From the IMG/VR virus record IMGVR_UViG_3300045988_116781: a DNA stretch of 58,428 nucleotides, one strand, 5' to 3'. The DNA comes from a virus. Position 1 is the stretch's first letter; every line of letters starts with the position of its first letter. Below, one piece after another: positions 26,324 through 35,037 of the stretch. Both the position numbers and the translations under genes were made by a program. The notes beneath the pieces were generated by a model. It made no database searches, had not been told where the DNA came from, and was given only the letters and a program-made list of their open reading frames with translations.

Positions 26324-26364
26324 CAAATATAGCCATAAATCCCGAAAACGTACTTATTAAGTAC
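26324..26364 (-). promoter_or_regulatory. candidate promoter plus perfect 17-bp palindrome upstream of the capsid/tail operon
   Basis: CGTACTTATTAAGTACG (26349-26365) is a perfect palindrome. The minus-strand -7 box TATATTTG lies at 26324-26331, about 35 nt upstream of the ATG at 26288. Confidence 0.45.
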
Positions 26365-26506
26365 GTTTTTAATATATTTTTCCAAGAAAATTTTTATCCC
26401 GTCCAACTCACGGGCATACACGCTTTTACGCTGTTTTTCAAGTGATTGCACGAAAATTTCTTTGAAGATTTTTGCTGAAAAGTTTGCCTGTATTAAATAA
26501 AACCCA

Positions 26507-26540
26507 TACATTTGTCCCGTCAGACATACTTAATAAGTAC
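26507..26540 (+). promoter_or_regulatory. candidate promoter of the plus-strand island with a downstream operator-like palindrome
   Basis: The -7 box TACATTTG (26507-26514) is followed 11 nt later by ATACTTAATAAGTAC (26526-26540). The ATG is at 26585 and is preceded by AGGAGG. Confidence 0.4.
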
Positions 26541-26584
26541 GCCGACAAGATAAAAAACAGCAAATAAATTAGGAGGTAATCAAA

Positions 26585-26785
26585 ATGGTAACAAACGTAA
26601 TTATAGACGCAACAAGAGAGGGCTACTCAACCGAGCAAGTAAGAAACACGATGACTGTTAAGGAACTCATCGATGTACTTTCAGAATACGATGAAGATGC
26701 AAAAGTGTATCTGTCCCATGACAACGGATATACATACGGAGGCATCCGTTATGGCAGCTTTTCAGAACAGGAAACCGAAGAATAA
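26585..26785 (+). CDS. hypothetical small protein
   Basis: 66-aa ORF preceded by a strong RBS-like AGGAGGT. Confidence 0.5.
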   Translation: MVTNVIIDATREGYSTEQVRNTMTVKELIDVLSEYDEDAKVYLSHDNGYTYGGIRYGSFSEQETEE

Positions 26786-26803
26786 CTCAAAAACGCAACT
26801 GAT

Positions 26804-27169
26804 ATGACCGAGAAAGAATTTACAGACCGTACAGGTTACACGCCAAAGGATGATGAGTTTATCAAAATCCACGAAATGTATATGAATACCGACCTTGATA
26901 AGGACGCTTTCTGTAAGGCGTGGATGCACAACAAGGATTTGCTTGCCGAAATAGTTAAGCAGACAATCATAGCAAGGGAGCTTTACCAACAAAAGGACAG
27001 TCTTGCGGACTTTCTCATCACACAGGCAGAGAAATGGAGCGCATCCGATTTGAGGGAAAAGGCTATCGAAATGCTGGGAGATCGGGAGTACATACGCCGG
27101 AAAGTTACCAGAGGCTTCAACCTTTGGTATGATGACAGGGAATTGATTAACGAAATTTTGAAAAAGTAA
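26804..27169 (+). CDS. hypothetical protein
   Basis: 121-aa ORF, tightly packed with its neighbours. Confidence 0.5.
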   Translation: MTEKEFTDRTGYTPKDDEFIKIHEMYMNTDLDKDAFCKAWMHNKDLLAEIVKQTIIARELYQQKDSLADFLITQAEKWSASDLREKAIEMLGDREYIRRKVTRGFNLWYDDRELINEILKK

Positions 27170-27180
27170 GAATTAGAGTT

Positions 27181-27555
27181 ATGGAAGCGACAATTCAGCA
27201 AGTAGAACAGATAATTTCGGTACTTACAGACGATGAAAAACAACTCCTTAAAGATACTATCAATGAGGGAGGATGGGGAGACTCGGATTGGGAGTTCTTG
27301 GATGAGAACGGTAAAATAGAGACAGTATCAATGTACGGATATTGCACAAATGATGCGCACCTTGCCGGACACTTCAAAGGTCGTATAGTTTCCACGATGT
27401 TCAAGTCAATCTACAAGAAACTTTGCCCTGAACACAATAACCAAATAGGCAGATACATATCTCATTGCAATGATTGGTGGGGTGACGGATCAGGCGATAT
27501 GCTTTTCATCAGAACCGGATATTACAGGACATTCGAGAAATGGGCAAGATTATGA
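27181..27555 (+). CDS. hypothetical protein
   Basis: 124-aa ORF. Confidence 0.5.
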   Translation: MEATIQQVEQIISVLTDDEKQLLKDTINEGGWGDSDWEFLDENGKIETVSMYGYCTNDAHLAGHFKGRIVSTMFKSIYKKLCPEHNNQIGRYISHCNDWWGDGSGDMLFIRTGYYRTFEKWARL

Positions 27556-27926
27556 TACGGACAACGGTACAGGTATTTTTAAGAGCCGACAACGGCGAGC
27601 AAGACGAATTTATCACCCCGATAAATTTAACCCCTGACAAAGCCCGTAACTACTATGTAGGGCGAATTTTCAACATGGGTACGGTGGAGGACAAGATGAT
27701 GATGTGCTATGCCGTCCATATCCTGCAAGTACAGGAACGGAGAAAAGCTGTCGTGAAAGTTCAGACAAGCTTCGGCAGGAACTGCCTGAATGAGATTAGA
27801 GGTCTCAAAGAGGGCGAGGTTTTGGAGGGCTGGTACAACAAACAGAATAAGGCGTTCGATTTCACCTACAAGGGCAACGATGCGATGCTTTGGGTGGGTC
27901 AGAACTGCGAACTGATAAACGAGTAA
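27540..27926 (+). CDS. hypothetical protein
   Basis: 128-aa ORF that overlaps the upstream gene by 16 nt. Confidence 0.45.
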   Translation: MGKIMIRTTVQVFLRADNGEQDEFITPINLTPDKARNYYVGRIFNMGTVEDKMMMCYAVHILQVQERRKAVVKVQTSFGRNCLNEIRGLKEGEVLEGWYNKQNKAFDFTYKGNDAMLWVGQNCELINE

Positions 27927-27957
27927 TAACAAACAATTCAACGCAACCGATATTTTT

Positions 27958-29082
27958 ATGGAAACAACGATTTTAAGCAAAAAGAACTGCCACAGGGTAG
28001 CAACGGTAAGACAGGCTGGCAATCCGAATGCGCCTGTCTTGGATTTCAAGTTTCGGGAACATGAGGTAAGCCGCAACTTCTTCGGAAGCCAGCGTGCGCA
28101 TCTTGCAGGTGATACGGTGATAGATGATACCGATACCGAAATGGGCAAATGGGAGGTGGTGTCATGGAAGTATGTCGAGAACTTCGAGGATATGTGGGAC
28201 TTGGCTGTACGTGCCTTTGACGGCACCAGCCACAGCCCGGAGGAACGTGCGAGGTTCTACATACATTCGTATGAGGATACCCTGCAAAGCGACCTGAAGC
28301 TAATACCGAACGAGGAACAGGAACGATACACCGCCAAATTCAGGGAATGGGTGCGTACCCTGTTCGAGAGACACTCACGGATACTCAGCCCGATGATTAC
28401 AGGACCAGCACGTTTCCCGACTTCGAGGAACAACAAGGCGAACAACGCCTATGACAATGCTGTGAACGAGTTTGAGGAATGGCGCAAACGGGCTGTTAAA
28501 GCCATCAACAAGCGTATCGAGGATGCAAAGCCGGAGGAACAGAAGCAAGCGGAAGAATGGCTGCGACTGAAACGTGATATTGAAGACATTGCCGCCACTC
28601 TGAAAGCCATTGACACAGGCGAAAACAAATACAGTTATCGTCCCTTGTTTGTATCGAGCCTGTACGGCAAGCTGGAGCGCATCGCCAATAACGGAAAGGC
28701 AGATTTGATACTGAAAGCGACCGAATATATCAAACAACTAAACGAGACATTGCCCAAACCGATATTTACAGCCCGTCACAAGTTTTGGAAGCTCTCGGAG
28801 GTGGTGCAGGCTTCAATCAAAAAGGAAAGCGAATTACGGGGCAAGGATGATGCAGAAATGGCATTTGACGGCGGCATGGTGGTAAAGAACTATTCGGAGG
28901 ACAGACTTCAAATCCTGTTCGATGAAAAGCCGGATCAGGAAACAATCTCGAAATTGAAACATAACGGCTTCCGCTGGTCGCCACGCTTCAAAGCCTGGCA
29001 ACGTCAGCTTACCTCAAATTCTTTCTATGCGTGTGCGAGGGTAATACCTGTTACAGTTGAACAATTAAAAACAATGAATTAA
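27958..29082 (+). CDS. hypothetical protein; C-terminus resembles DUF3560-type proteins of conjugative elements
   Basis: 374 aa. The C-terminal RLQILFDEKPDQETISKLKHNGFRWSPRFKAWQRQL matches, from memory, the FDgKP...LK.hGFrWsp...aW signature. Confidence 0.4.
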   Translation: METTILSKKNCHRVATVRQAGNPNAPVLDFKFREHEVSRNFFGSQRAHLAGDTVIDDTDTEMGKWEVVSWKYVENFEDMWDLAVRAFDGTSHSPEERARFYIHSYEDTLQSDLKLIPNEEQERYTAKFREWVRTLFERHSRILSPMITGPARFPTSRNNKANNAYDNAVNEFEEWRKRAVKAINKRIEDAKPEEQKQAEEWLRLKRDIEDIAATLKAIDTGENKYSYRPLFVSSLYGKLERIANNGKADLILKATEYIKQLNETLPKPIFTARHKFWKLSEVVQASIKKESELRGKDDAEMAFDGGMVVKNYSEDRLQILFDEKPDQETISKLKHNGFRWSPRFKAWQRQLTSNSFYACARVIPVTVEQLKTMN

Positions 29083-29093
29083 AAATCGGGACT

Positions 29094-29465
29094 ATGAATA
29101 AAGAACAAATTAAAAAGGAATATAACGAACTCGTAAATAGCATTGAGGAAATGAGAATGTATGATGGGCGAAATACTGTTGACAGATATGTATGTAAGCG
29201 GTGTGGAGCGCATCTTTACACGACTTATATAGACAAGGGGGTTACGCCGTTCACCATTCAATGCAGGAGATGCTCAGTAGGTACAATGATACATGATAAG
29301 ACGTTCAGGAAAGAAACGATACCGTCATATATAGTGGTTTTGGGATGGTATAGACCTACATTAGAACAAACCTTAAGAATGTCAGAGGGGGCTATTTTTC
29401 ATGTTCTTAAAGGCGGTTTATTTTTGGAAGATGAGCTAAACGTAAATAGCGATGATAACGATTAA
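29094..29465 (+). CDS. hypothetical Cys4 zinc-ribbon protein
   Basis: 123 aa with CKRCGAHL...CRRCSVG. Confidence 0.45.
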   Translation: MNKEQIKKEYNELVNSIEEMRMYDGRNTVDRYVCKRCGAHLYTTYIDKGVTPFTIQCRRCSVGTMIHDKTFRKETIPSYIVVLGWYRPTLEQTLRMSEGAIFHVLKGGLFLEDELNVNSDDND

Positions 29466-29697
29466 CGATATTGTATTCTATGACAAACCGGGAAGTTGCG
29501 GCTCATGTCCGTTCTTTGATAACGGAGGAACCAGTAGCTTCCACGGTTCTGAAATAGGTTACTGCCGTTTGTTTGATGAAATGCACAGGCGATGGATAAA
29601 TCCGCCCCGGAGATGTCAAAAGCTGTTCAACAAGGCGTTCAGGATGCCGGAGGGCAGCAGGTTGGTAATAGTAAGAAAGGAGGAAGAAAATGAGTAA
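29452..29697 (+). CDS. hypothetical Cys-rich small protein
   Basis: 81-aa ORF with CGSCPFF...YCRLF...RRCQ. Confidence 0.4.
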   Translation: MITINDIVFYDKPGSCGSCPFFDNGGTSSFHGSEIGYCRLFDEMHRRWINPPRRCQKLFNKAFRMPEGSRLVIVRKEEENE

Positions 29698-29941
29698 GAT
29701 ATACCATGTCGAGATGAAAGAGCCGATAGACGGAAAGCGGCACTTCTACTTCGGCTCACAGGCCGCTATTTACGAGGTTTTCAGCACCTCACAGGTGGGC
29801 ATAAGCTACAAATCATTGACGAACAAATACGACCTCACAGAGAAGCCGTACGAGAACAGGAAGTGCATAATCCGCATCGGGGAACTTATCAGGAAGCCGA
29901 CCAACAGAGGGCCGAGACCTCAGCAGTTTTTCCACTACTGA
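29690..29941 (+). CDS. hypothetical small protein
   Basis: 83-aa ORF. Confidence 0.4.
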   Translation: MSKIYHVEMKEPIDGKRHFYFGSQAAIYEVFSTSQVGISYKSLTNKYDLTEKPYENRKCIIRIGELIRKPTNRGPRPQQFFHY

Positions 29942-30007
29942 GACCAGTACCTGATAGAAAATCCGTACCTTTGTAGTAACATTCAACGCAATCAAATAGA
30001 TATAACC

Positions 30008-30763
30008 ATGTTAGGAGCAATTATAGGTGATATTGTAGGCTCACGTTTCGAGTTCAACAATGTAAAAAGCAAGAGTTTTAAGCTGTTCACGAAAGAGTGT
30101 TCATTTACAGACGATACAATCTGTACGGTAGCCGTTGCGGATGCTATCTTGTCCGGCAAGAGTTACCGGGACAGCGTACACGAATGGTGCAGCAAATATC
30201 CTAATCCGATGGGTGGGTACGGCGGCTCATTCGCACAATGGGTACATTCTGACGATCCACAACCTTATTACAGTTTCGGCAACGGCTCAGCGATGCGTGT
30301 AAGTCCGATTGGCTTATATTATCATACTGCTGATAGTGTGCTTTTGGAAGCAAAAAAAACTGCTGAAATAACCCATGACCACCCTGAAGGTATCAAGGGG
30401 GCTCAGGTTACCGCCATGTGCGTATTTATGTCTCGTTGGGGATTTACAACTGACGACATAACTAAATATGCTGTATCTGAATATGGAGAAATCCCGAAAT
30501 TCGTGCCGTTCTCCAATCCGTTCAACGAGACCTGCATGAATGCTGTCCCCGTGTCAGTCTCATGTGTTCTTAATAGCACCTGTTTTGAGGAAGCCATAAG
30601 AAACGCAATGATTGTCGGTGGTGACAGCGATACGATAGGTGCGATTACAGGCGGCATTGCGGAAGCGATGTACGGTGTTCCCGTAGACCTGAAAGATATT
30701 GCGATGTCGTATCTTCCTGATGAAATGAAACGAGTTATAAACCGATTTTACAGTGAGCTATGA
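30008..30763 (+). CDS. ADP-ribosylglycohydrolase family protein
   Basis: 251 aa. The N-terminal MLGAIIGDIVGSRFEF...SFTDDT and the C-terminal GGDSDTIGAITGGIAEAMYG are hallmark ARH/DraG-family motifs. Confidence 0.8.
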   Translation: MLGAIIGDIVGSRFEFNNVKSKSFKLFTKECSFTDDTICTVAVADAILSGKSYRDSVHEWCSKYPNPMGGYGGSFAQWVHSDDPQPYYSFGNGSAMRVSPIGLYYHTADSVLLEAKKTAEITHDHPEGIKGAQVTAMCVFMSRWGFTTDDITKYAVSEYGEIPKFVPFSNPFNETCMNAVPVSVSCVLNSTCFEEAIRNAMIVGGDSDTIGAITGGIAEAMYGVPVDLKDIAMSYLPDEMKRVINRFYSEL

Positions 30764-31074
30764 GCAAACGAGATGAGCTATTGACTTCATGTAGATATTA
30801 CAAGGGCGAAAATGAAAACCCTTACAAAGATGGGAACAAAGCCCTATTTTGGGAATATGAGAAGAATTGGCTTGATATGTTCCTTGACGAGAGCCAAACC
30901 CTCATAGAATACAGGGATGAGTATGTAAAAGACGGTCTGCTGGACTTTGAGAGCAAGGATGATGTACCTACAACTCTCAAAGCCATGCTTTACAACCGTT
31001 TTCTCTATTGGTTGGAAGGGTCTCCGACCGAGTTCAAAAAATTCTATAAGGAACAGTATTTGGGTCAAATCTGA
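30760..31074 (+). CDS. hypothetical protein
   Basis: 104-aa ORF. It overlaps the ARH stop by 4 nt and is convergent with the minor head gene, overlapping it by 10 nt. Confidence 0.45.
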   Translation: MSKRDELLTSCRYYKGENENPYKDGNKALFWEYEKNWLDMFLDESQTLIEYRDEYVKDGLLDFESKDDVPTTLKAMLYNRFLYWLEGSPTEFKKFYKEQYLGQI

Positions 31075-33563
31075 CCTACCACTTCAACGTCTATAAAGTA
31101 TCTCCAGCCCGATTTCTCAACCTTTGTGATGCGAAATCGGGTATTTCTTTGTATCAGCATTTCGTTCTCAGAAGAATATGCAGAACGTCCGTCAATATAG
31201 AGCATCTTTGTCCCTTTCGGGCAGTAAATGTTTATTATATTACCACCAAATCCTGTCCCTTTTGCTGCTCCACAACTCATAAATGCAGTATCTGTGATGC
31301 TTTTACCCACAAGGGCGTTCAGGCTGCTTTCGTCCAAAGATGCAAGTTGCAGGAATCCTGCTAATCCCTCATCATCAACTCCACGTTGTAGCCAAATATC
31401 CTTATCGTATGTCGATTTATTGATAAGGTTTGTCAGGCTGTCTATGTCTTTCGGTGCTAACGGGCTTTCATTGTCAAGAGGAACATTGCCTATACCCTTG
31501 AAGTTAGATTTTCCCCATGCACCGTCATATCCTCTCAAAGGCCTGTTTACATATCCGCTTCCTGATGTATATCTCCAAGCCGCATCCTGTTCTTCTTTTG
31601 AAGCAGTATTGTATATCTCATCCGCTTTGTCCTTGAACTTGTTTACAGAATTGCTGGATGTCTTACACCATATAGCCTTGTCCTTTCTGTCTTTGGTATA
31701 AGCACTCTCATCAAAGGTTGTTGATTGACCTTTGCCGAACAGTCTTTTGGCGTTCCGTTGAGCCGCAGCTTTGTCGAGTTGCTCACGCTTCTTTTTGATG
31801 TCGAGTATCGTTTGCTGTGCGGCTGCTTTGTCCTTGCTGGATATAGCATCCTGCAATTTTGCCACAAGGTCAAGATACGGTTGCGACTTCGTTTTGAAGC
31901 TGCTTATGTTCTTGAACTCATTGCTGATGTTCTCCCAATCGAGAGCGTCCGACACTTTTTCGAGCTGCTTCTTGTAGGCATTCTGCGCCACCTCCCATGT
32001 GGAGTATTTCTGATGTTTCTGTACCCAGTCTATCTCGAACGACAGTTTGGACTTCTGTTTCTCCAAAGAGAGACCAGCCCAACTGTCCAGCTTCTTCTGC
32101 ACGGCTTCATTAACAGCTTTTGCCTCCGACATAGAGAACTGACGTGCAACCTGCATCGGATTGTCGAGATATGAGTAGGAGAGGATTTCCTTGCCGACCG
32201 CTTTCAGCCTGCGAGCCTCTTTGAGTATCGTATCGAGATTGCCGCCGTTGAGTGCTTTCTGCAATGCGGATGTATCAACGTCCGAGATACCGCCCATGTA
32301 GGACAGAATGCTCTGGCCGTACTTGCGTGTAGCCCTGCGCTCGTTCCATGCCTTGCGTATGGCCGCTTCCTGTTCGGGTGTCCTGCTGGCGTGCCGGATC
32401 TCTGCGTTGCGTAAAGTCCAACGCCGCTTGATGTCCTGTATCTGTCCGGGCGTTCTTGCCGCATGGCGTTCTTTGGCTGTTTCCAAAGCCGTAGGGGGAT
32501 TTATAATCCTGTCAACGGTCTTCTTATTGTTCTTGATGAAATAAGGCAGCGTACCACGTTCTTTTGCCTTTTCTATGCGTTCTGCGTTGTCTATTGCCCA
32601 TGACTTGAAGTTACCCGGCATGTCGGCAATGACTTTCCCCGAAATGTCGTAATCCTCTCCATTCAGTTTCGCCTGCTGCATGGCCATCATATCCTTTTCT
32701 GATAACAAGACAGGAACTACGTAGCAGAAGCATTGAGGATGCCATCCGTCAAAGACAAAATTTTTAGGATATCTTCCGGCAAGTGTGTCACAGATATCGG
32801 TCACAGGGTGGTTGCGTGACAGGTGTATTTCCTGACCTATCACGAAGTCCATCTGCTGCCAGCGTGTATTGTCAGCCCTGCGGTATGCGATGTTTGTTTC
32901 TGTTCGGGCGATACGCATGGCGTTCTTTGCCGATGAGCGGTAAACGCCCTGTCCCGGGTGATAAGCCTTTGCCGCCTTTGACAGCTTCAGGTTGCCTTTC
33001 TCATCTCGTATTCTGCGGAACAGCTTATCGGGATTATTCAGGTATTGCCGGACGTATCTCGATATTTGGGATGCGCTGTCGCCGTCTCCAATGGCCACGG
33101 TCATGGCAAGTTCCATTTCGGAGCGTAGCTGCTTCACGGGCTGCCAAATACGGTCTGACAGGTTAAGTCCGGCTTCGCTCCGGCTGATGAAAGCCTCCAT
33201 AGCCTCCGTGTTTCGCTCAAACCATCCTGCGAAACGCTTGTCTGAAAGTATCTCCTTACCGAAACAGGATGCGGCAAGCTCATCGCAAGCGGTGTTAGCC
33301 TCGTCCCATTCAAGAGTGATGTCGTTCTTGATTGCGGCATATACTGCGGAATGTAGGTTTCTAAGCCTGTCCGAGACTTTCTTTGCGATTTTCTTCTGTT
33401 CTGAATAGCGAAACACCTCTCCATCGTCCAAATGCGGTACAGAGGACGTTAAGGCAAGAATATCGTTTACCGCTACGGCAAACAATTTCCTTACCTGTTC
33501 CGCATACCTCTCTGTACGGTTGAGAAGTGCGAGATATTCCTTTTTCCCTGTTTCAGTAACCAT
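31065..33563 (-). CDS. minor head protein (SPP1 gp7 / Mu F-like) fused to a C-terminal ADP-ribosyltransferase domain
   Basis: 832 aa. The central IARTETNIAYRRADN...HPQCFCY is typical of gp7/MuF head morphogenesis proteins. The C-terminal roughly 190 aa carry R-S-E ART motifs: YVNRPLR, FMSCG and ENEMLIQ. Confidence 0.75.
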   Translation of the reverse strand: MVTETGKKEYLALLNRTERYAEQVRKLFAVAVNDILALTSSVPHLDDGEVFRYSEQKKIAKKVSDRLRNLHSAVYAAIKNDITLEWDEANTACDELAASCFGKEILSDKRFAGWFERNTEAMEAFISRSEAGLNLSDRIWQPVKQLRSEMELAMTVAIGDGDSASQISRYVRQYLNNPDKLFRRIRDEKGNLKLSKAAKAYHPGQGVYRSSAKNAMRIARTETNIAYRRADNTRWQQMDFVIGQEIHLSRNHPVTDICDTLAGRYPKNFVFDGWHPQCFCYVVPVLLSEKDMMAMQQAKLNGEDYDISGKVIADMPGNFKSWAIDNAERIEKAKERGTLPYFIKNNKKTVDRIINPPTALETAKERHAARTPGQIQDIKRRWTLRNAEIRHASRTPEQEAAIRKAWNERRATRKYGQSILSYMGGISDVDTSALQKALNGGNLDTILKEARRLKAVGKEILSYSYLDNPMQVARQFSMSEAKAVNEAVQKKLDSWAGLSLEKQKSKLSFEIDWVQKHQKYSTWEVAQNAYKKQLEKVSDALDWENISNEFKNISSFKTKSQPYLDLVAKLQDAISSKDKAAAQQTILDIKKKREQLDKAAAQRNAKRLFGKGQSTTFDESAYTKDRKDKAIWCKTSSNSVNKFKDKADEIYNTASKEEQDAAWRYTSGSGYVNRPLRGYDGAWGKSNFKGIGNVPLDNESPLAPKDIDSLTNLINKSTYDKDIWLQRGVDDEGLAGFLQLASLDESSLNALVGKSITDTAFMSCGAAKGTGFGGNIINIYCPKGTKMLYIDGRSAYSSENEMLIQRNTRFRITKVEKSGWRYFIDVEVVGQI

Positions 33564-33570
33564 AAATCAG

Positions 33571-35016
33571 TTATTCAGCCGTTGGTAATACTTCTTCCTC
33601 CGTTCTGTTCCCGAATAAATCTGCATTCGCTTTCTGCCGTTCCTCTTTCTCCTTTTCAATCCGCTGCAACTCCTTTGCATGGTCTTTGACAAGCGGATTG
33701 AGTTCAACTGCGCCCTCTTGGCTGATAAGCCCAGCATCGTACATCTTGACGATATTGGATATGCATTCCGTGATGTCCTCCCCGAACGGCTCTTGAAACT
33801 CGTGCCCGATCTGCAGTTTGGAGCATTCCTCTTTCAGGGAAATGTCAAGCACGTTTCCGATAATGGCGGTTATCAGACTGGCCGTCCTGTCAAGCAGTTC
33901 ATCGTGTATCTCCTTATGCTTCGATGCCTTGATGTCTGCAAGCAGCATGACCGTACGCAACGCCTTTGCCGAAAGCTGCGAGATGCTTTTCATCGTGTCG
34001 AGACTTATTTTCGGCGTGAATGTCTTGGAATAGATTTGGTCTTGCAGCCATTCGATTTCGTCTTTCTTCGATTGCGGCGCATTATCCCATGTGAGGTACT
34101 TTGCAGCCTTATCCACTCCGTCCTGTCCTTTCGTGATGAGCAGTTTGTTGGCATCTTTCTTTTCAGGCAGATTTTTTACCACTTCTGCATCCATGATGGC
34201 GATAGGGTCGGCGAAATAGTCGTTTGTGTCCGCAGAGCGGCTGGCGATGTACTCCTCACGGTGTATCAGAGGCTCAACGCCTGCCCATTCCTTTTTCTGC
34301 TGGAACAGGATGATGGGGATTTTCCCCACGAGGTTTTCTTCTTCCTCCACCTCCCAGCCGAGACCGCCACGGACACACTTGTAGATGGTGTTCGGGGTAT
34401 AGATGTCGAAATGATACTCCACCTTGTCGTTTGCCTTGACGTAGTATCCCCAGCCTATGGAAATGATGTTCTCGAACTGGTCCCAGCGCACATAGATGTC
34501 ATCTCCCTTGCTCTTTGCGAGAACACGTATCTGTACGTCAGGGTTGCCGTCATTATCCCTGAATACACGGAACAGCATTGCACTCTCCGTTTCCGCTCCG
34601 GCTATGCGCTTGCATTGACGTATCTTGCTGTTGAAATGTGTATTCTTGATAACGTCCATGTACTTGTTGAAAGCCCTGTCCGTATTCTCTGATAGTTGAG
34701 ACCATTTCACGGGACGACCATACAGGAACACGAGCGAGATTTCATTGATATACACAGGGTACGGTACAGGCAGTTTCCATACAGGCTCTTTCCGTAGGAA
34801 CTTGCCGTTCTTGTCCGTGATGATTTTGTCCTCACGCTTCATTATCTGATGCGAGAACGTGTCATAGTCCTTGATAGCGTCAAGGATAAGCTCGCTCCTG
34901 TTGCTCATCGAGTCTATGACCGCACCGATGTCTTTGGCTTGCAACAGCTTCTCGAACTCCTGATTACGTCCCACGAGCTGATTGACGTAATTCCGAAATA
35001 CATTAAAGTAATTCAT
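33571..35016 (-). CDS. portal protein
   Basis: 481 aa. It lies between TerL and the gp7-like minor head protein. Confidence 0.7.
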   Translation of the reverse strand: MNYFNVFRNYVNQLVGRNQEFEKLLQAKDIGAVIDSMSNRSELILDAIKDYDTFSHQIMKREDKIITDKNGKFLRKEPVWKLPVPYPVYINEISLVFLYGRPVKWSQLSENTDRAFNKYMDVIKNTHFNSKIRQCKRIAGAETESAMLFRVFRDNDGNPDVQIRVLAKSKGDDIYVRWDQFENIISIGWGYYVKANDKVEYHFDIYTPNTIYKCVRGGLGWEVEEEENLVGKIPIILFQQKKEWAGVEPLIHREEYIASRSADTNDYFADPIAIMDAEVVKNLPEKKDANKLLITKGQDGVDKAAKYLTWDNAPQSKKDEIEWLQDQIYSKTFTPKISLDTMKSISQLSAKALRTVMLLADIKASKHKEIHDELLDRTASLITAIIGNVLDISLKEECSKLQIGHEFQEPFGEDITECISNIVKMYDAGLISQEGAVELNPLVKDHAKELQRIEKEKEERQKANADLFGNRTEEEVLPTAE

Positions 35017-35037
35017 AACTTGTTTTATTTTAATTGT

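Noticed and set aside
26311-26511. 66-aa minus-strand ORF in the divergent intergenic region
   Set aside because: It is AT-rich, contains one palindromic operator-like site and one -7 box with a second of each at its edges, and its translation looks non-protein-like. I treated the region as regulatory.
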